Below are positions 37,190 to 46,179 of a stretch of 59,495 bases of DNA, piece after piece; position 1 is the first letter of the stretch; every line of letters starts with the position of its first letter. The notes beneath the pieces are model-generated. The model searched no databases. It had not been told where the DNA came from and worked only from the letters and a program-made list of their open reading frames with translations. The stretch is from an uncultured archaeon (GTDB taxonomy: Archaea; Aenigmatarchaeota; Aenigmatarchaeia; QMZP01; JACQNV01). Location of the stretch: contig CAYPFW010000005.1 in NCBI GenBank assembly GCA_964410585.1, forward strand, positions 1-59,495. The letters are read 5' to 3'. Position numbers and translations under genes: made by a program.

Positions 37190-38557
37190 ATGTCTCTCAA
37201 TTCTTTTTTTACAGCTAAATCTGCTGCGATAATTGGTGCGTCAACAGAAGTTGGAAGCATTGGTTATTCTATAACACAAACAATGAAACAACATTTCAAG
37301 GGAAGAGTCTATCCTGTGAATCCTCATCACAAAAAAGTTTTTGGATTGGCCTGCTATCCATCTGTTTTGGATATACCAAGAAAAGATAAAAGAAGCTCAC
37401 CAGTTGACATAGCTGTGATTGTTGTACCTATAAAATTTGTACCAGACGTTTTGAAGGAATGTGTGAAGGCAAAAATAGGTGGAGTTGTTTTGATAACTGC
37501 TGGATATTCAGAAGCTGGAAACAAAGAAGCAGAAGAAGAGCTCAAGAAAATAATTAAGGGGAGCAGAACAAGGATAATTGGTGCAAATTGCCTTGGAATT
37601 TTGGATACAAATACAGGGGTTGACACTTTGTTTTTGCCTGCGCCAAAACTGTCTAGACCAAAGAAGGGTGGAATCTCATTTTTGTCTCAGTCTGGTGCTT
37701 TTGGCTCGACTTTTTTGGATTTGATTGCATATGAAGATGTTGGCTTATCCAAGTTTGTCTCATATGGAAACCAGACAGATGTAAAAGACTGGGAGCTCCT
37801 AGAATTTTTGGGAAACGATTCTTCTACTGAGGTTATTGTGATTTACATGGAAGGTGTGTCAGATGGTAGGAAGTTTCTTTCAGCTGCAAAAAAAGTTTCT
37901 GAGAAAAAACCAATCATTGTATACAAGGCAGGGAAAACTGATTTTGGCTCGAAAGCTGCGAGCTCACACACAGGATCGCTAGCAGGCGCCTATGAAATCT
38001 ATAAAACAGCTTTTCATCAAGGGAGAATTTTAGAGGCTCAGACAGTTGAGGAAATATATGATATGGCAAAGGCTGTTGAGTTTTTGAAAAAGTCTGCTGG
38101 AGATAGAATAGCTGTTGTGACAAATGGTGGTGGTTTTGGTGTTGTAACTGCTGACTGTGTTGTTTCATCTGGTTTGAAGCTTCCAGAATTTTCTCCAGAA
38201 ACAAGAGAGAAATTGAAAAAAATTTTGCCTGGTTTTGCTCAGGTGCATAATCCGCTTGATTTGATTGGAGATGCAGATGTAGAAAGATATGAGAAGGCTT
38301 TGGAAATCTTGGTGAAGGATGAGAATGTGGATGGGATAATTGTAATCGCTTTGCTGCAGACTGTTTCTTTGAAACCAGAAGTATACGATGCAGTTGTTCG
38401 AGTCAAGCAAAAAACCAAAAAACCAATCATTGTCTCTTCAACTGGTGGCGAGTACACAGAAAAATTTAAACCAAGACTTGAGAGGAATAAAATTCCTGTT
38501 TACCTAACACCTGAAAGGGCTGTCAGAGCTATGAAGGCGTTGGTGAAAATTAGATAA
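37190..38557 (+). CDS. acdA: ADP-forming acetate-CoA ligase, alpha subunit
   Basis: IGAS, YPVNP, GANCLG, SQSGA, SHTGSLAG, TNGGG, NPLD. Confidence 0.92.
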   Translation: MSLNSFFTAKSAAIIGASTEVGSIGYSITQTMKQHFKGRVYPVNPHHKKVFGLACYPSVLDIPRKDKRSSPVDIAVIVVPIKFVPDVLKECVKAKIGGVVLITAGYSEAGNKEAEEELKKIIKGSRTRIIGANCLGILDTNTGVDTLFLPAPKLSRPKKGGISFLSQSGAFGSTFLDLIAYEDVGLSKFVSYGNQTDVKDWELLEFLGNDSSTEVIVIYMEGVSDGRKFLSAAKKVSEKKPIIVYKAGKTDFGSKAASSHTGSLAGAYEIYKTAFHQGRILEAQTVEEIYDMAKAVEFLKKSAGDRIAVVTNGGGFGVVTADCVVSSGLKLPEFSPETREKLKKILPGFAQVHNPLDLIGDADVERYEKALEILVKDENVDGIIVIALLQTVSLKPEVYDAVVRVKQKTKKPIIVSSTGGEYTEKFKPRLERNKIPVYLTPERAVRAMKALVKIR

Positions 38558-38558
38558 T

Positions 38559-38903
38559 ATGGCTATCAACGAAGATAATTTTGTCAAAGAATTGCTAAAA
38601 TCTGTTCCTGAATTTAAAGAAGTTCATAAAAATGAAAAAGATTATCATGAAATAGGAATACATCTTGTTTTAGGTGACCTTAAAAGATTTGCCGAAAAAA
38701 CATATATGGAAAGGCAAAAAAACCAAGAAAAGGAAGTTTTAGATTTTATTTTAAAATGTTTGAAAGAAGGAAATGAAAATGTAAAAAACGCTGTTTTTGT
38801 AAGTTTTTTTGAAAACATGGATGATAAATGCGCAAAAAATCTAGCTAATCAGCTACCAGAAAAGTTTAGAAAAGATGTCTTGGATTTTTTAGAATGTTTA
38901 TGA
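38559..38903 (+). CDS. Small helical hypothetical protein (immunity-like)
   Basis: G.E.V.NA..VSF.EN pattern. Confidence 0.55.
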   Translation: MAINEDNFVKELLKSVPEFKEVHKNEKDYHEIGIHLVLGDLKRFAEKTYMERQKNQEKEVLDFILKCLKEGNENVKNAVFVSFFENMDDKCAKNLANQLPEKFRKDVLDFLECL

Positions 38904-39673
38904 TTATGCAACAAATCCCAAAATTCATCCAAAAAACTTGCAAAGAGAAGAACATCATCCCATTATACTACGCAGAGTCTGGAAGCAGGTTGTGGGGATT
39001 TCATTCAGAGGACTCTGATTTTGATATAAGGGGAATACATTTGGTTTCTCAGAAAGATTATTTTAGGTTGGATAAACCAAATGAGGTCGTAGAAGTTTTG
39101 GATGGTGATTTGGATTTGGTTAGTTTTTCTTTGGATAAAGCCTTTTCGCTTTTAGCCAATTCAAATCCTTCTCTTTTAGAATGGTTTAGGGGAAACATTG
39201 TTTATCTAAATAATTTTTCTGGATATGAAAAATTGAAAAAAGAAGTTTTAAAAGAAATAAATTTGAAGGCATTGTTTTGGCACTATGTCAGCATGGGAAA
39301 ACAAAACTATGTCAAATATGTTGAAAAAGAAAAACAATTCACATACAAGAAAGTTTTGTATGTGCTTAGAGGCCTGCTATCTGCTGATTTTATTTACCAG
39401 AAAAAACAAATTCCACCTTTGGATTTTGAGGAGCTTGTTGAAAAATTAAAATTTGAGAAAAAAATTGAAAATATTTTAAAGGAAATTCTGAAGAGAAAAA
39501 AAGAAAAAACAGAAAAGGATGTTGTAGAAAATAAAGAAGAAGTTTTGAGGGTTGTTAAAAGGTTTTTTGAAAAAGTTTCAATAGAAGATGTTGAACCAAC
39601 TGGGAACAAACACAAACTTTGGGAAGTCCTAAATACATATTCTGTCAAAATAAAAGAGGAACATTACTTATGA
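38900..39673 (+). CDS. Pol-beta superfamily nucleotidyltransferase (YcgL/RlaP-like)
   Basis: ESGSRLWGF.S.DSDFDIRG, SNPSLLEW, K..LYVLR. Confidence 0.85.
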   Translation: MIMQQIPKFIQKTCKEKNIIPLYYAESGSRLWGFHSEDSDFDIRGIHLVSQKDYFRLDKPNEVVEVLDGDLDLVSFSLDKAFSLLANSNPSLLEWFRGNIVYLNNFSGYEKLKKEVLKEINLKALFWHYVSMGKQNYVKYVEKEKQFTYKKVLYVLRGLLSADFIYQKKQIPPLDFEELVEKLKFEKKIENILKEILKRKKEKTEKDVVENKEEVLRVVKRFFEKVSIEDVEPTGNKHKLWEVLNTYSVKIKEEHYL

Positions 39674-40041
39674 TAAAAACATACGCCAAAGGAAGGGGTT
39701 TTGAATCTGACATGCTTCACTACTTAAATTCAAAAGGATTTTCCTGTATCAGGGCTCCCTCTAGTGGTGGAGCAATGACACCAGCAGATGTAATCGCTAT
39801 GCGCAAAGGCCTTATTTTGGCTTTGGAATTAAAAAATCATAAAATAAAACCAAAACTTACACAAGAAAAAGTTGAAAGGTTTAAGGAATGGTGTGATAGA
39901 GCTGGCGCAATTGGTTTTTTGGTTTGGAAAAATGGGACCAAGTGGCTGTTTTTGCAGATGAAAGATATTGTGGAAAACAACTATGAAGACGAAAGATGGA
40001 TTGAAATGAAGGATATTCTTTCTGCATTGGGGATTGAATAA
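39670..40041 (+). CDS. hjc: Holliday junction resolvase
   Basis: KGRGFE, RAPSSG, DVIA, ELK. Confidence 0.88.
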   Translation: MIKTYAKGRGFESDMLHYLNSKGFSCIRAPSSGGAMTPADVIAMRKGLILALELKNHKIKPKLTQEKVERFKEWCDRAGAIGFLVWKNGTKWLFLQMKDIVENNYEDERWIEMKDILSALGIE

Positions 40042-40070
40042 GCTTTTAAGCATTAAAGCCAATTGTCTAT

Positions 40071-40799
40071 ATGGTTTCATCAATTGACGATTCTTATCTA
40101 ACAAGGGAAAAGTTTCTCAAAAGCATAGCAGGCGAGGTTATTTTCTCTTCAAATCCTGGGAAATGTTTGAGGAAATGGAGAGAAACCTTCATCATTTCGC
40201 AAAAAAAACTAGCGAAAGAACTAGGGATAAATTCTTCTGTTATTTGTGATTATGAAGGCGGACGCAGGCAGTCACCTGGGATAAAGATTGTAAGAAAATA
40301 CATTTCTGCATTAATATCCATAGACGAGCAAAATGGTGGAAAGACATTGAAAAACTATTTGAAATCAATCCAACCACCTGCTCAAAATCAGGTTATTTTA
40401 GGGATAAAGGAATTTTTTTCAGGTGTCTCTGTTGCTGATTTTTGCAAGCTTTTAGGGTCAGACATGCTAGCTGGACAGAAGCAAAAAGGACAGGAAATAT
40501 ATGGGTACACTGTTATTGATTCTGTAAAGGCTATTTCAGAACTGTCATTCAATGAGTTGGTGAAATTGTATGGCTCAACAACTCAAAGGGCATTGATTTT
40601 CACAAAAGTGACAACAGGAAGGACACCAATGGTTGCTGTTAAATTGACAAATCTCAAACCCGGATTGGTTATTTTGCATGGTTTGGGTGAAGTTGATGAT
40701 TTGGCCAGAGTGATTGCAGAAGATGAAAAGATCCCATTGGCACATTGCAAGCTGAATTCTGTAGAAGAAATATTGGACAAATTAAAAACGATTGAGTAA
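40071..40799 (+). CDS. Archaeal XRE-HTH transcriptional regulator
   Basis: IAGE....PG..LRKWR, YEGGRR.SPG, IFTKVTTGR.PMVA. Confidence 0.88.
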   Translation: MVSSIDDSYLTREKFLKSIAGEVIFSSNPGKCLRKWRETFIISQKKLAKELGINSSVICDYEGGRRQSPGIKIVRKYISALISIDEQNGGKTLKNYLKSIQPPAQNQVILGIKEFFSGVSVADFCKLLGSDMLAGQKQKGQEIYGYTVIDSVKAISELSFNELVKLYGSTTQRALIFTKVTTGRTPMVAVKLTNLKPGLVILHGLGEVDDLARVIAEDEKIPLAHCKLNSVEEILDKLKTIE

Positions 40800-40802
40800 A
40801 AT

Positions 40803-41045
40803 ATGAAAAATAGAAAAAACAAAGATAAAGAATTTATTAAAAACAACTATGTTCTTCCCATATTTGTTGCCACCGTTTCCGGTTTTATTTTTTTAGCTCT
40901 GGATAAGTTGGCCTTCGTGACTGAAAACGAAAAAACATTGACAATAAATTGGATGGGGTTGTTTTTTGCCATTGATTTAATTGTTATTTTTTGGGTAGTT
41001 GGCTATTTTTTCTTAACAAAATTAAATCAAAAACCAAAAAATTAA
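40803..41045 (+). CDS. Small membrane protein
   Basis: 80 aa with 2 TM segments. Confidence 0.5.
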   Translation: MKNRKNKDKEFIKNNYVLPIFVATVSGFIFLALDKLAFVTENEKTLTINWMGLFFAIDLIVIFWVVGYFFLTKLNQKPKN

Positions 41046-41716
41046 GCAAGCTTCTTTATCTCGGTTTTTACTTTCTTCCCTTCTATATCTACAATTCCAT
41101 AAAAACCTTCTGTCAAAGCACCAGGATAAAACAAAGTTGTTTCACCAAGTTTGTCTTCGCCCTTTGCTTCGAAAATGTGCGCAGAAATAGCTAAAACAGG
41201 TTTGTGTTTTAGAATAAATTCTCTAAACAATTTTGAGCCGACGTGTTCGCCTGATTCTAACTTGTCCAGTTTTGTGTCTTTTGGTGGATTGTGTGCAACA
41301 AAAACAAAGTCGCCTTTTAGCTGCTTTTCAATAACAGCTAGACCTTCTTTTATTTCGTCGTCTGTTGGCTCATATGCTGTATTGAATGGTGTTTGGGCTC
41401 CACCAAAACCCGCGAAAAGAAGGTTGTTTATTTTTTTTGCTTTTTTCTGTATGCTTGTTTTGTAGTATTCAAAAATTTCCATGACAGAGTATGGGTCATT
41501 GTTGCCTGGTATACAAACAAGGTTTTTATTTAAAGAAAGGAGTTTTTGCGTTTCCATTTCTGTTATATCCAATTGATCAAAATCAGTTGTGTCTGCGAAA
41601 AGGTCTGTAAAGTCGCCTGGGCAGATTATTCCGTCTATTTTTTCTTTAAAATTGTCAACGAGTTTGTTTAGGTTTTTTAGGTTTCCATGTATATCGCAGA
41701 CTACTAAAAATTTCAT
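41042..41716 (-). CDS. Metallophosphoesterase
   Basis: DIHG, GD, PGNND, H.PP, HVGS, AHI.E. Confidence 0.88.
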   Translation of the reverse strand: MKFLVVCDIHGNLKNLNKLVDNFKEKIDGIICPGDFTDLFADTTDFDQLDITEMETQKLLSLNKNLVCIPGNNDPYSVMEIFEYYKTSIQKKAKKINNLLFAGFGGAQTPFNTAYEPTDDEIKEGLAVIEKQLKGDFVFVAHNPPKDTKLDKLESGEHVGSKLFREFILKHKPVLAISAHIFEAKGEDKLGETTLFYPGALTEGFYGIVDIEGKKVKTEIKKLA

Positions 41717-41756
41717 ATGAGTATATATGTTGGAAAGATTATATTAAGATGATAAA

Positions 41757-42092
41757 TATAACAGTGTTATATAAATTTGTTAATAGTTTAAGCTTGTGTT
41801 GTTGAGAAATATATTTTCTTTCTTTTATAACAGTGTTATATAGATTTATTTTAAATTAGTGTTCTCCTACATCAGAGAAAGTTTTCTGTTCCAATATAAC
41901 AGTGTTATACAAATCTTTATACTCTTACCTTTATTTCATTTAGAAAAAAGTTTTTAAAATAAAAAATAATTTTTATATATATAACAGTGTTATACTATAA
42001 ATAATAAAAATATAATAAAATAAAAAATTTTTATAAAAATAAAAAACTCCATAGGAAACGATGGGGTGGTAAAAATATATAACATTGTTATA
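41757..42092. repeat. Cluster of five TATAACA(G/T)TGTTATA palindromes (41757, 41826, 41895, 41980, 42078)
   Basis: Read directly; start-to-start spacing 69, 69, 85 and 98 bp. Confidence 0.9.
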
Positions 42093-42170
42093 CAAATTTG
42101 TCTGTTTTCCACAGGAAATTTAAAGGGTAAAAACACTTTCTAATTTGATATTCCATAGGAAACAAAGGTG
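42047..42170 (+). promoter_or_regulatory. Three ORB-like Orc1/Cdc6 binding boxes
   Basis: CTCCATAGGAAACGATGGGG (42047), TTCCACAGGAAATTTAAAGGG (42107), TTCCATAGGAAACAAAGG (42151); match TTCCAnnGGAAA plus a G-string. Confidence 0.85.
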
Positions 42171-42261
42171 CTAAAAAATTGTTTTTGCCAAGTAGAAAAA
42201 TTTAAACAGGAAAGTATGAAAATATATAAACCCCAGTTCCATATGAAGTATTACTTCTAGG

Positions 42262-42305
42262 CTACTTTTCTTTTAGAAAAAGAAAATCACCGTCCAAAAG
42301 AAAAC
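42262..42305 (+). repeat. REP-like dispersed repeat B, copy 3
   Basis: CTACTTTTCTTTTAGAAAAAGAAAA..TCCAAAAGAAAAC in the cdc6 leader. Confidence 0.6.
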
Positions 42306-42333
42306 GCTTTACAATCTAAAGCGAGGCAAAACA

Positions 42334-43530
42334 ATGAAACAGCAAACACTTCAACAGCTATTCACAGGGTATTTGGAAAAAAAATCTATTTTTAAAAACA
42401 AAAACGTCCTAACACATGACCATGTTCCTGAATCCATCCTACACAGAGATGACCAGTTTAGACAACTTGCTTCAATCCTTGCTCCGGCCCTTAGAGGCGA
42501 GAAAGTATCAAATGTTTTTTGTTTTGGAAAAACAGGAACAGGAAAGTCTTTGATCATAAGAAACGTGACAACAGAACTGCAAAAAACTTCAGAAAAGGTG
42601 AGAATTTTCTACTTAAACTGTAAAATGAAAAGAGTAGCTGACACAGAATATAGATTAATGGCAGAGCTCACAAGGATGTTGGGTTGTGAGATTCCAGCCA
42701 CAGGTTTACCAACAGATGAAATTTACAAAAAATTTGTAGAGTATGTTGACAAAGAACCAAAATCCATTGTTTTAATTTTAGATGAGATAGACACCTTGGT
42801 TAAAAAAATAGGCGACGGACTTTTGTATAATATGACAAGGATGAACCAAGAGCTTCAGAACGCAAAAATATCTTTTATTGGAATATCAAATGACATCAAT
42901 TTTACAGATAATTTAGATCCGAGAGTTAAATCATCTCTTTCAGAAGAAGAAATTTTATTTCCACCATATAATGCTAATCAGCTAAAGGACATACTTTTGG
43001 AAAGATCAGCACAGGCCTTCAGTGAGGGGATTTTATCATCAACTGTTATACCAAAATGCGCTGCATTGGCTGCACAAGAGCACGGAGACGCTAGAAAGGC
43101 TTTAGATCTTTTGAGAATATCAGCTGAAATAGCTGAAAGGGAGGGGTCAACAAAAATAGGTTTGGATCATGTCGACAAAGCTGAGGCTAAGTTAGATTTA
43201 GACAGGACAGTAGAAATTGTTAGGAAACAACCAAAACAATCCTTGGCTGTTTTATCAGCAACAATACAGCTTGTTGAGAAAGGTGAGAAAAACATACAGA
43301 CAGGAGATATTTTCAACATCTACCAAGAAATTTGCCAGAGAGCTGGCTTGAACCCACTGACACAAAGAAGGTTGTCTGATTTAATATCTGAGCTAGACAT
43401 GCTTGGTATAATCAACACAAAGGTTATCTCAAAAGGAAGATATGGCAGGACAAGGGAAATAAGGCTGTTGTTAGCAAGAGACATAATCGAAAAAATAAAG
43501 GTTATACTTGGGGATAATTATGTGTTATGA
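42334..43530 (+). CDS. cdc6: Orc1/Cdc6 replication initiator
   Basis: GKTGTGKS, ILDEID, LDPRVKSSL, HGDARKALDLL, C-terminal wHTH GRYGRTR. Confidence 0.97.
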   Translation: MKQQTLQQLFTGYLEKKSIFKNKNVLTHDHVPESILHRDDQFRQLASILAPALRGEKVSNVFCFGKTGTGKSLIIRNVTTELQKTSEKVRIFYLNCKMKRVADTEYRLMAELTRMLGCEIPATGLPTDEIYKKFVEYVDKEPKSIVLILDEIDTLVKKIGDGLLYNMTRMNQELQNAKISFIGISNDINFTDNLDPRVKSSLSEEEILFPPYNANQLKDILLERSAQAFSEGILSSTVIPKCAALAAQEHGDARKALDLLRISAEIAEREGSTKIGLDHVDKAEAKLDLDRTVEIVRKQPKQSLAVLSATIQLVEKGEKNIQTGDIFNIYQEICQRAGLNPLTQRRLSDLISELDMLGIINTKVISKGRYGRTREIRLLLARDIIEKIKVILGDNYVL

Positions 43531-43841
43531 ATTTAGACGTTGTGGAAATCCAAGTTAAAAATTTTAAAAAATCAGTAGAGTGGTATAAAAAAATATTTAA
43601 ACCTTTACATATAGAAGATAGTTTTGCAATGTTTAACACAAACAAAGCGACACTGGCTTTGTATAAGGGTAAAAACCACAAAACAACTCTTTATTTTAGG
43701 AGTAAAAAATTGGAAAAGGATTTGTTTTTGATGAAAAAAAAGGGAATTAGAGTTTCAAAAATACAAAGGGTTCATTGGGGTAGAAAATTCTCTTTTGTTG
43801 ATTTAGAGGGAAACAAACACTTTGTATATGAAGAGCGATAA
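43527..43841 (+). CDS. VOC/glyoxalase-family protein
   Basis: V.N...S.EWY, WGRKFSFVDLEGN. Confidence 0.85.
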   Translation: MNLDVVEIQVKNFKKSVEWYKKIFKPLHIEDSFAMFNTNKATLALYKGKNHKTTLYFRSKKLEKDLFLMKKKGIRVSKIQRVHWGRKFSFVDLEGNKHFVYEER

Positions 43842-44424
43842 TGAGTTTTATGGCCCACAATAATGTTGAAATTGAAATCAAAATACAGCTAAGCGAAAAG
43901 AATCTTTCTAGAGTAAAAGAAAAACTAAAACAAACTGCGAAATTTGTGAAAACGTCTAAGCAAGAAGACGAATATTTCACACCTTCCCACAGAAATTTTG
44001 TCGAGCCAAAATTCCCTTTTGAATGGCTTAGTATTAGAAAAAGAAGTGGGAAATCTATACTGAATTACAAACACTGGCATCCAGAAAACTCTGAAATAAC
44101 TACACACTGCGATGAGTTTGAAACTGAAATAGCTAATCCAGAAAGTTTAAACAAAATATTTTCGGCCTTAGATTTGAAAAAATTGGTTTTTGTTGAAAAA
44201 GAAAGAGAAGTTTATACATATAATGATGAATTTGAAGTTGGTTTAGACTCTGTGACTGATTTAGGAAAATTTATAGAAATTGAAGCAATAAAAGACTTTG
44301 GAACTGTTGAGAAAGCACGAGAAGCTTTGTTTGAGTTTGCCAAATTTTAGGCGTTGATGTTTCAAATCCAGACAAAAGAGGCTATCCATATCTAGCTTTG
44401 AAAAAGAAAGGACTGATAAAATGA
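43841..44424 (+). pseudogene. cyaB: CYTH/class IV adenylate cyclase-like gene with a 1-nt frameshift near 44345
   Basis: EIEIK, QEDEYF, K.R, F.EIE motifs. The C-terminal LGVD..KRGYPYL continues in another frame to a TGA overlapping the next ATG. Confidence 0.75.
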
Positions 44425-45308
44425 CAAAAGAGGCTGTAGTCGAGCGGTTTTTGCAAGAAGGTTTTTTGATCTCGCCAAAACTTTTAGAACAAATACCAGA
44501 GGATAACCTAGATTCTATAGTAACTTCTATAAAACTTTCAAAAGATCTGATAATCCAAAACCTGGACGAGCAAAAAGAAGAAGTTGAAATTAAAGCAAAA
44601 AATTACAAGGAAAAAAACAAACTGACAGCGAGCGATTTTGTTGAGTATTATTCAAAAAAATACAGTGTGCTAAAAGATATTTTAGAAAAAAAACTCAGCC
44701 CAATTTCAATTGATAAGGCCAAAGGCTTTTCTGAAACTTCGATAATTGGTATGGTTTACGAACACACAAATGCAGGCGTGATAGTCGAGGATCCAACTGG
44801 AAGGATGGAAATCAGATGCAACAGAGACAATATTTTGCTGAACTCTGTCTTGGGCTTTACAGGCAAAATGAAAGAGGGTATTATGATAGCTGAAAAAATT
44901 ATTTACCCAGACATACCACTAACAAATGATATAAAATCACTAAACATGGAGCTTGTTTTCTCAAGCAAAGGAACAGTTTTAGAAAATATTAAGACAGTTT
45001 CTTTTGAGCAAAAAGAAAACTTGGTTTCTGTCTTAACAAATCCTGGATATGTAAAAATAAACAAAGAGGTTGTTGTTTTAGCCTACAAACCAAAAGAAGA
45101 GCTTGTTAAAGAAAGGGTTTTGGTTTTTTTGAAAAATAGGTTTATACAAGAAGAAACACCATCTGAAAAATATTTGATAAAGGAGATCCCTTCAATCTTT
45201 TGGATTGAGCAAGAAAAACAGTGGGTTGAAAATTACAAGGGTGTGACAATTGTTTCTGGAAAAGAAATTAAAATAAATTTGAAGGATAGGAAGGTCGAGT
45301 TTTTATAA
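44421..45308 (+). CDS. Degenerate DNA polymerase D small subunit (DP1)-like protein
   Basis: F...G.L.SP, DFVEYY..KY..L, IIGMV, VEDPTG, IIYPDIP and C-terminal INLK; phosphoesterase motifs absent; 295 aa; downstream of cdc6. Confidence 0.7.
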   Translation: MTKEAVVERFLQEGFLISPKLLEQIPEDNLDSIVTSIKLSKDLIIQNLDEQKEEVEIKAKNYKEKNKLTASDFVEYYSKKYSVLKDILEKKLSPISIDKAKGFSETSIIGMVYEHTNAGVIVEDPTGRMEIRCNRDNILLNSVLGFTGKMKEGIMIAEKIIYPDIPLTNDIKSLNMELVFSSKGTVLENIKTVSFEQKENLVSVLTNPGYVKINKEVVVLAYKPKEELVKERVLVFLKNRFIQEETPSEKYLIKEIPSIFWIEQEKQWVENYKGVTIVSGKEIKINLKDRKVEFL

Positions 45309-45318
45309 CACTGTTATA
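45304..45318. promoter_or_regulatory. 15-bp palindrome TATAACACTGTTATA (copy 9)
   Basis: Overlaps the DP1-like stop codon and lies 9 bp upstream of the TctA-like ATG. Confidence 0.75.
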
Positions 45319-45327
45319 AATATTTAG

Positions 45328-46149
45328 ATGTTCCTTGAAATCCTTCTTTTCATGTTTTTTGGAATAGGTATAGGCACGATAACTGGAATAATTCCTGGCC
45401 TTCATCCGAATTCGGTTTTTGTCTTGCTCTTATCAATTCCTTTTTTCGTCATTGGTTTGCCTTTTGAGCTTATCCTAACTCTAATTGTTTCAGTTTCTGT
45501 GACAACGACATTTGTTGATTTTATACCAAGCCTGCTTTTTGGTGCGCCAGATGCAGACACATCACTATCAGTTCTTCCAGGACACAAATTTTTGTTAGAA
45601 GGAAGAGGATATGAGGCTCTGGTTCTGACTGTTATTGGTGGAATTGGAGTCACTGTTTTAACAATTCTAACTCTACCGATATTATTGTCAGGAATTCCTT
45701 TGATATATAGTTTTCTCAAATCATATATTCACATAATCCTTGTTGTTTTTGTTGTGTGGATGATTCTATCTGAAAACGGAATTAAAAAATTTCATTCTCT
45801 TCTAATCTTTCTTTTAGCTGGGTTTTTTGGTGTACTTGTTTTGAATTCGGCTTCTCAAGATGTGTCTGTGTATGCTGGTTTAACTGGTTTGTTTGGTTTG
45901 TCGGGAATTGTTTCAAGCTATTTGACAAACACGGCTCTTCCAAAACAAAATATGAGCTTTGAAATCAAAGTCAGCAAAAAAGGAATATTAACTGGGTGGA
46001 TTGCTGGAATACTTGCAGGCATACTTCCTGGTTTAGGATCTGCCCAATCAAGCATAGTTGCCTCAAAAGTCTTAGGTTCAAATGAAAAAGATTTTCTCAC
46101 AGCTTTAGGCGGCATAAACACGTGTAACAAGTTAATTGGAAGGTGTTAA
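45328..46149 (+). pseudogene. TctA/DUF112 membrane protein, apparently truncated by element insertion
   Basis: GIIPGLHPN, F.DFIPS..FGAP, LSVLPGH, LPGLGS. Stops shortly after GGINT at 273 aa, directly before the integrase. Confidence 0.72.
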
Positions 46150-46179
46150 CTATTTAAAGGTGTTTAACCAAATATAATC

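Larger units (their letters stand above)
41717..42333. other. Putative replication origin (oriC)
   Basis: About 600-bp ORF-free region upstream of orc1/cdc6, with a very AT-rich tract (about 41930-42046) and three ORB-like boxes. Confidence 0.85.

Noticed and set aside
41757-42092. CRISPR array suggested by the 69-bp periodic repeats
   Set aside because: The repeat is only 15 bp, spacing becomes irregular (85, 98), spacers are low-complexity AT, no cas genes are present, and the same motif occurs singly elsewhere.
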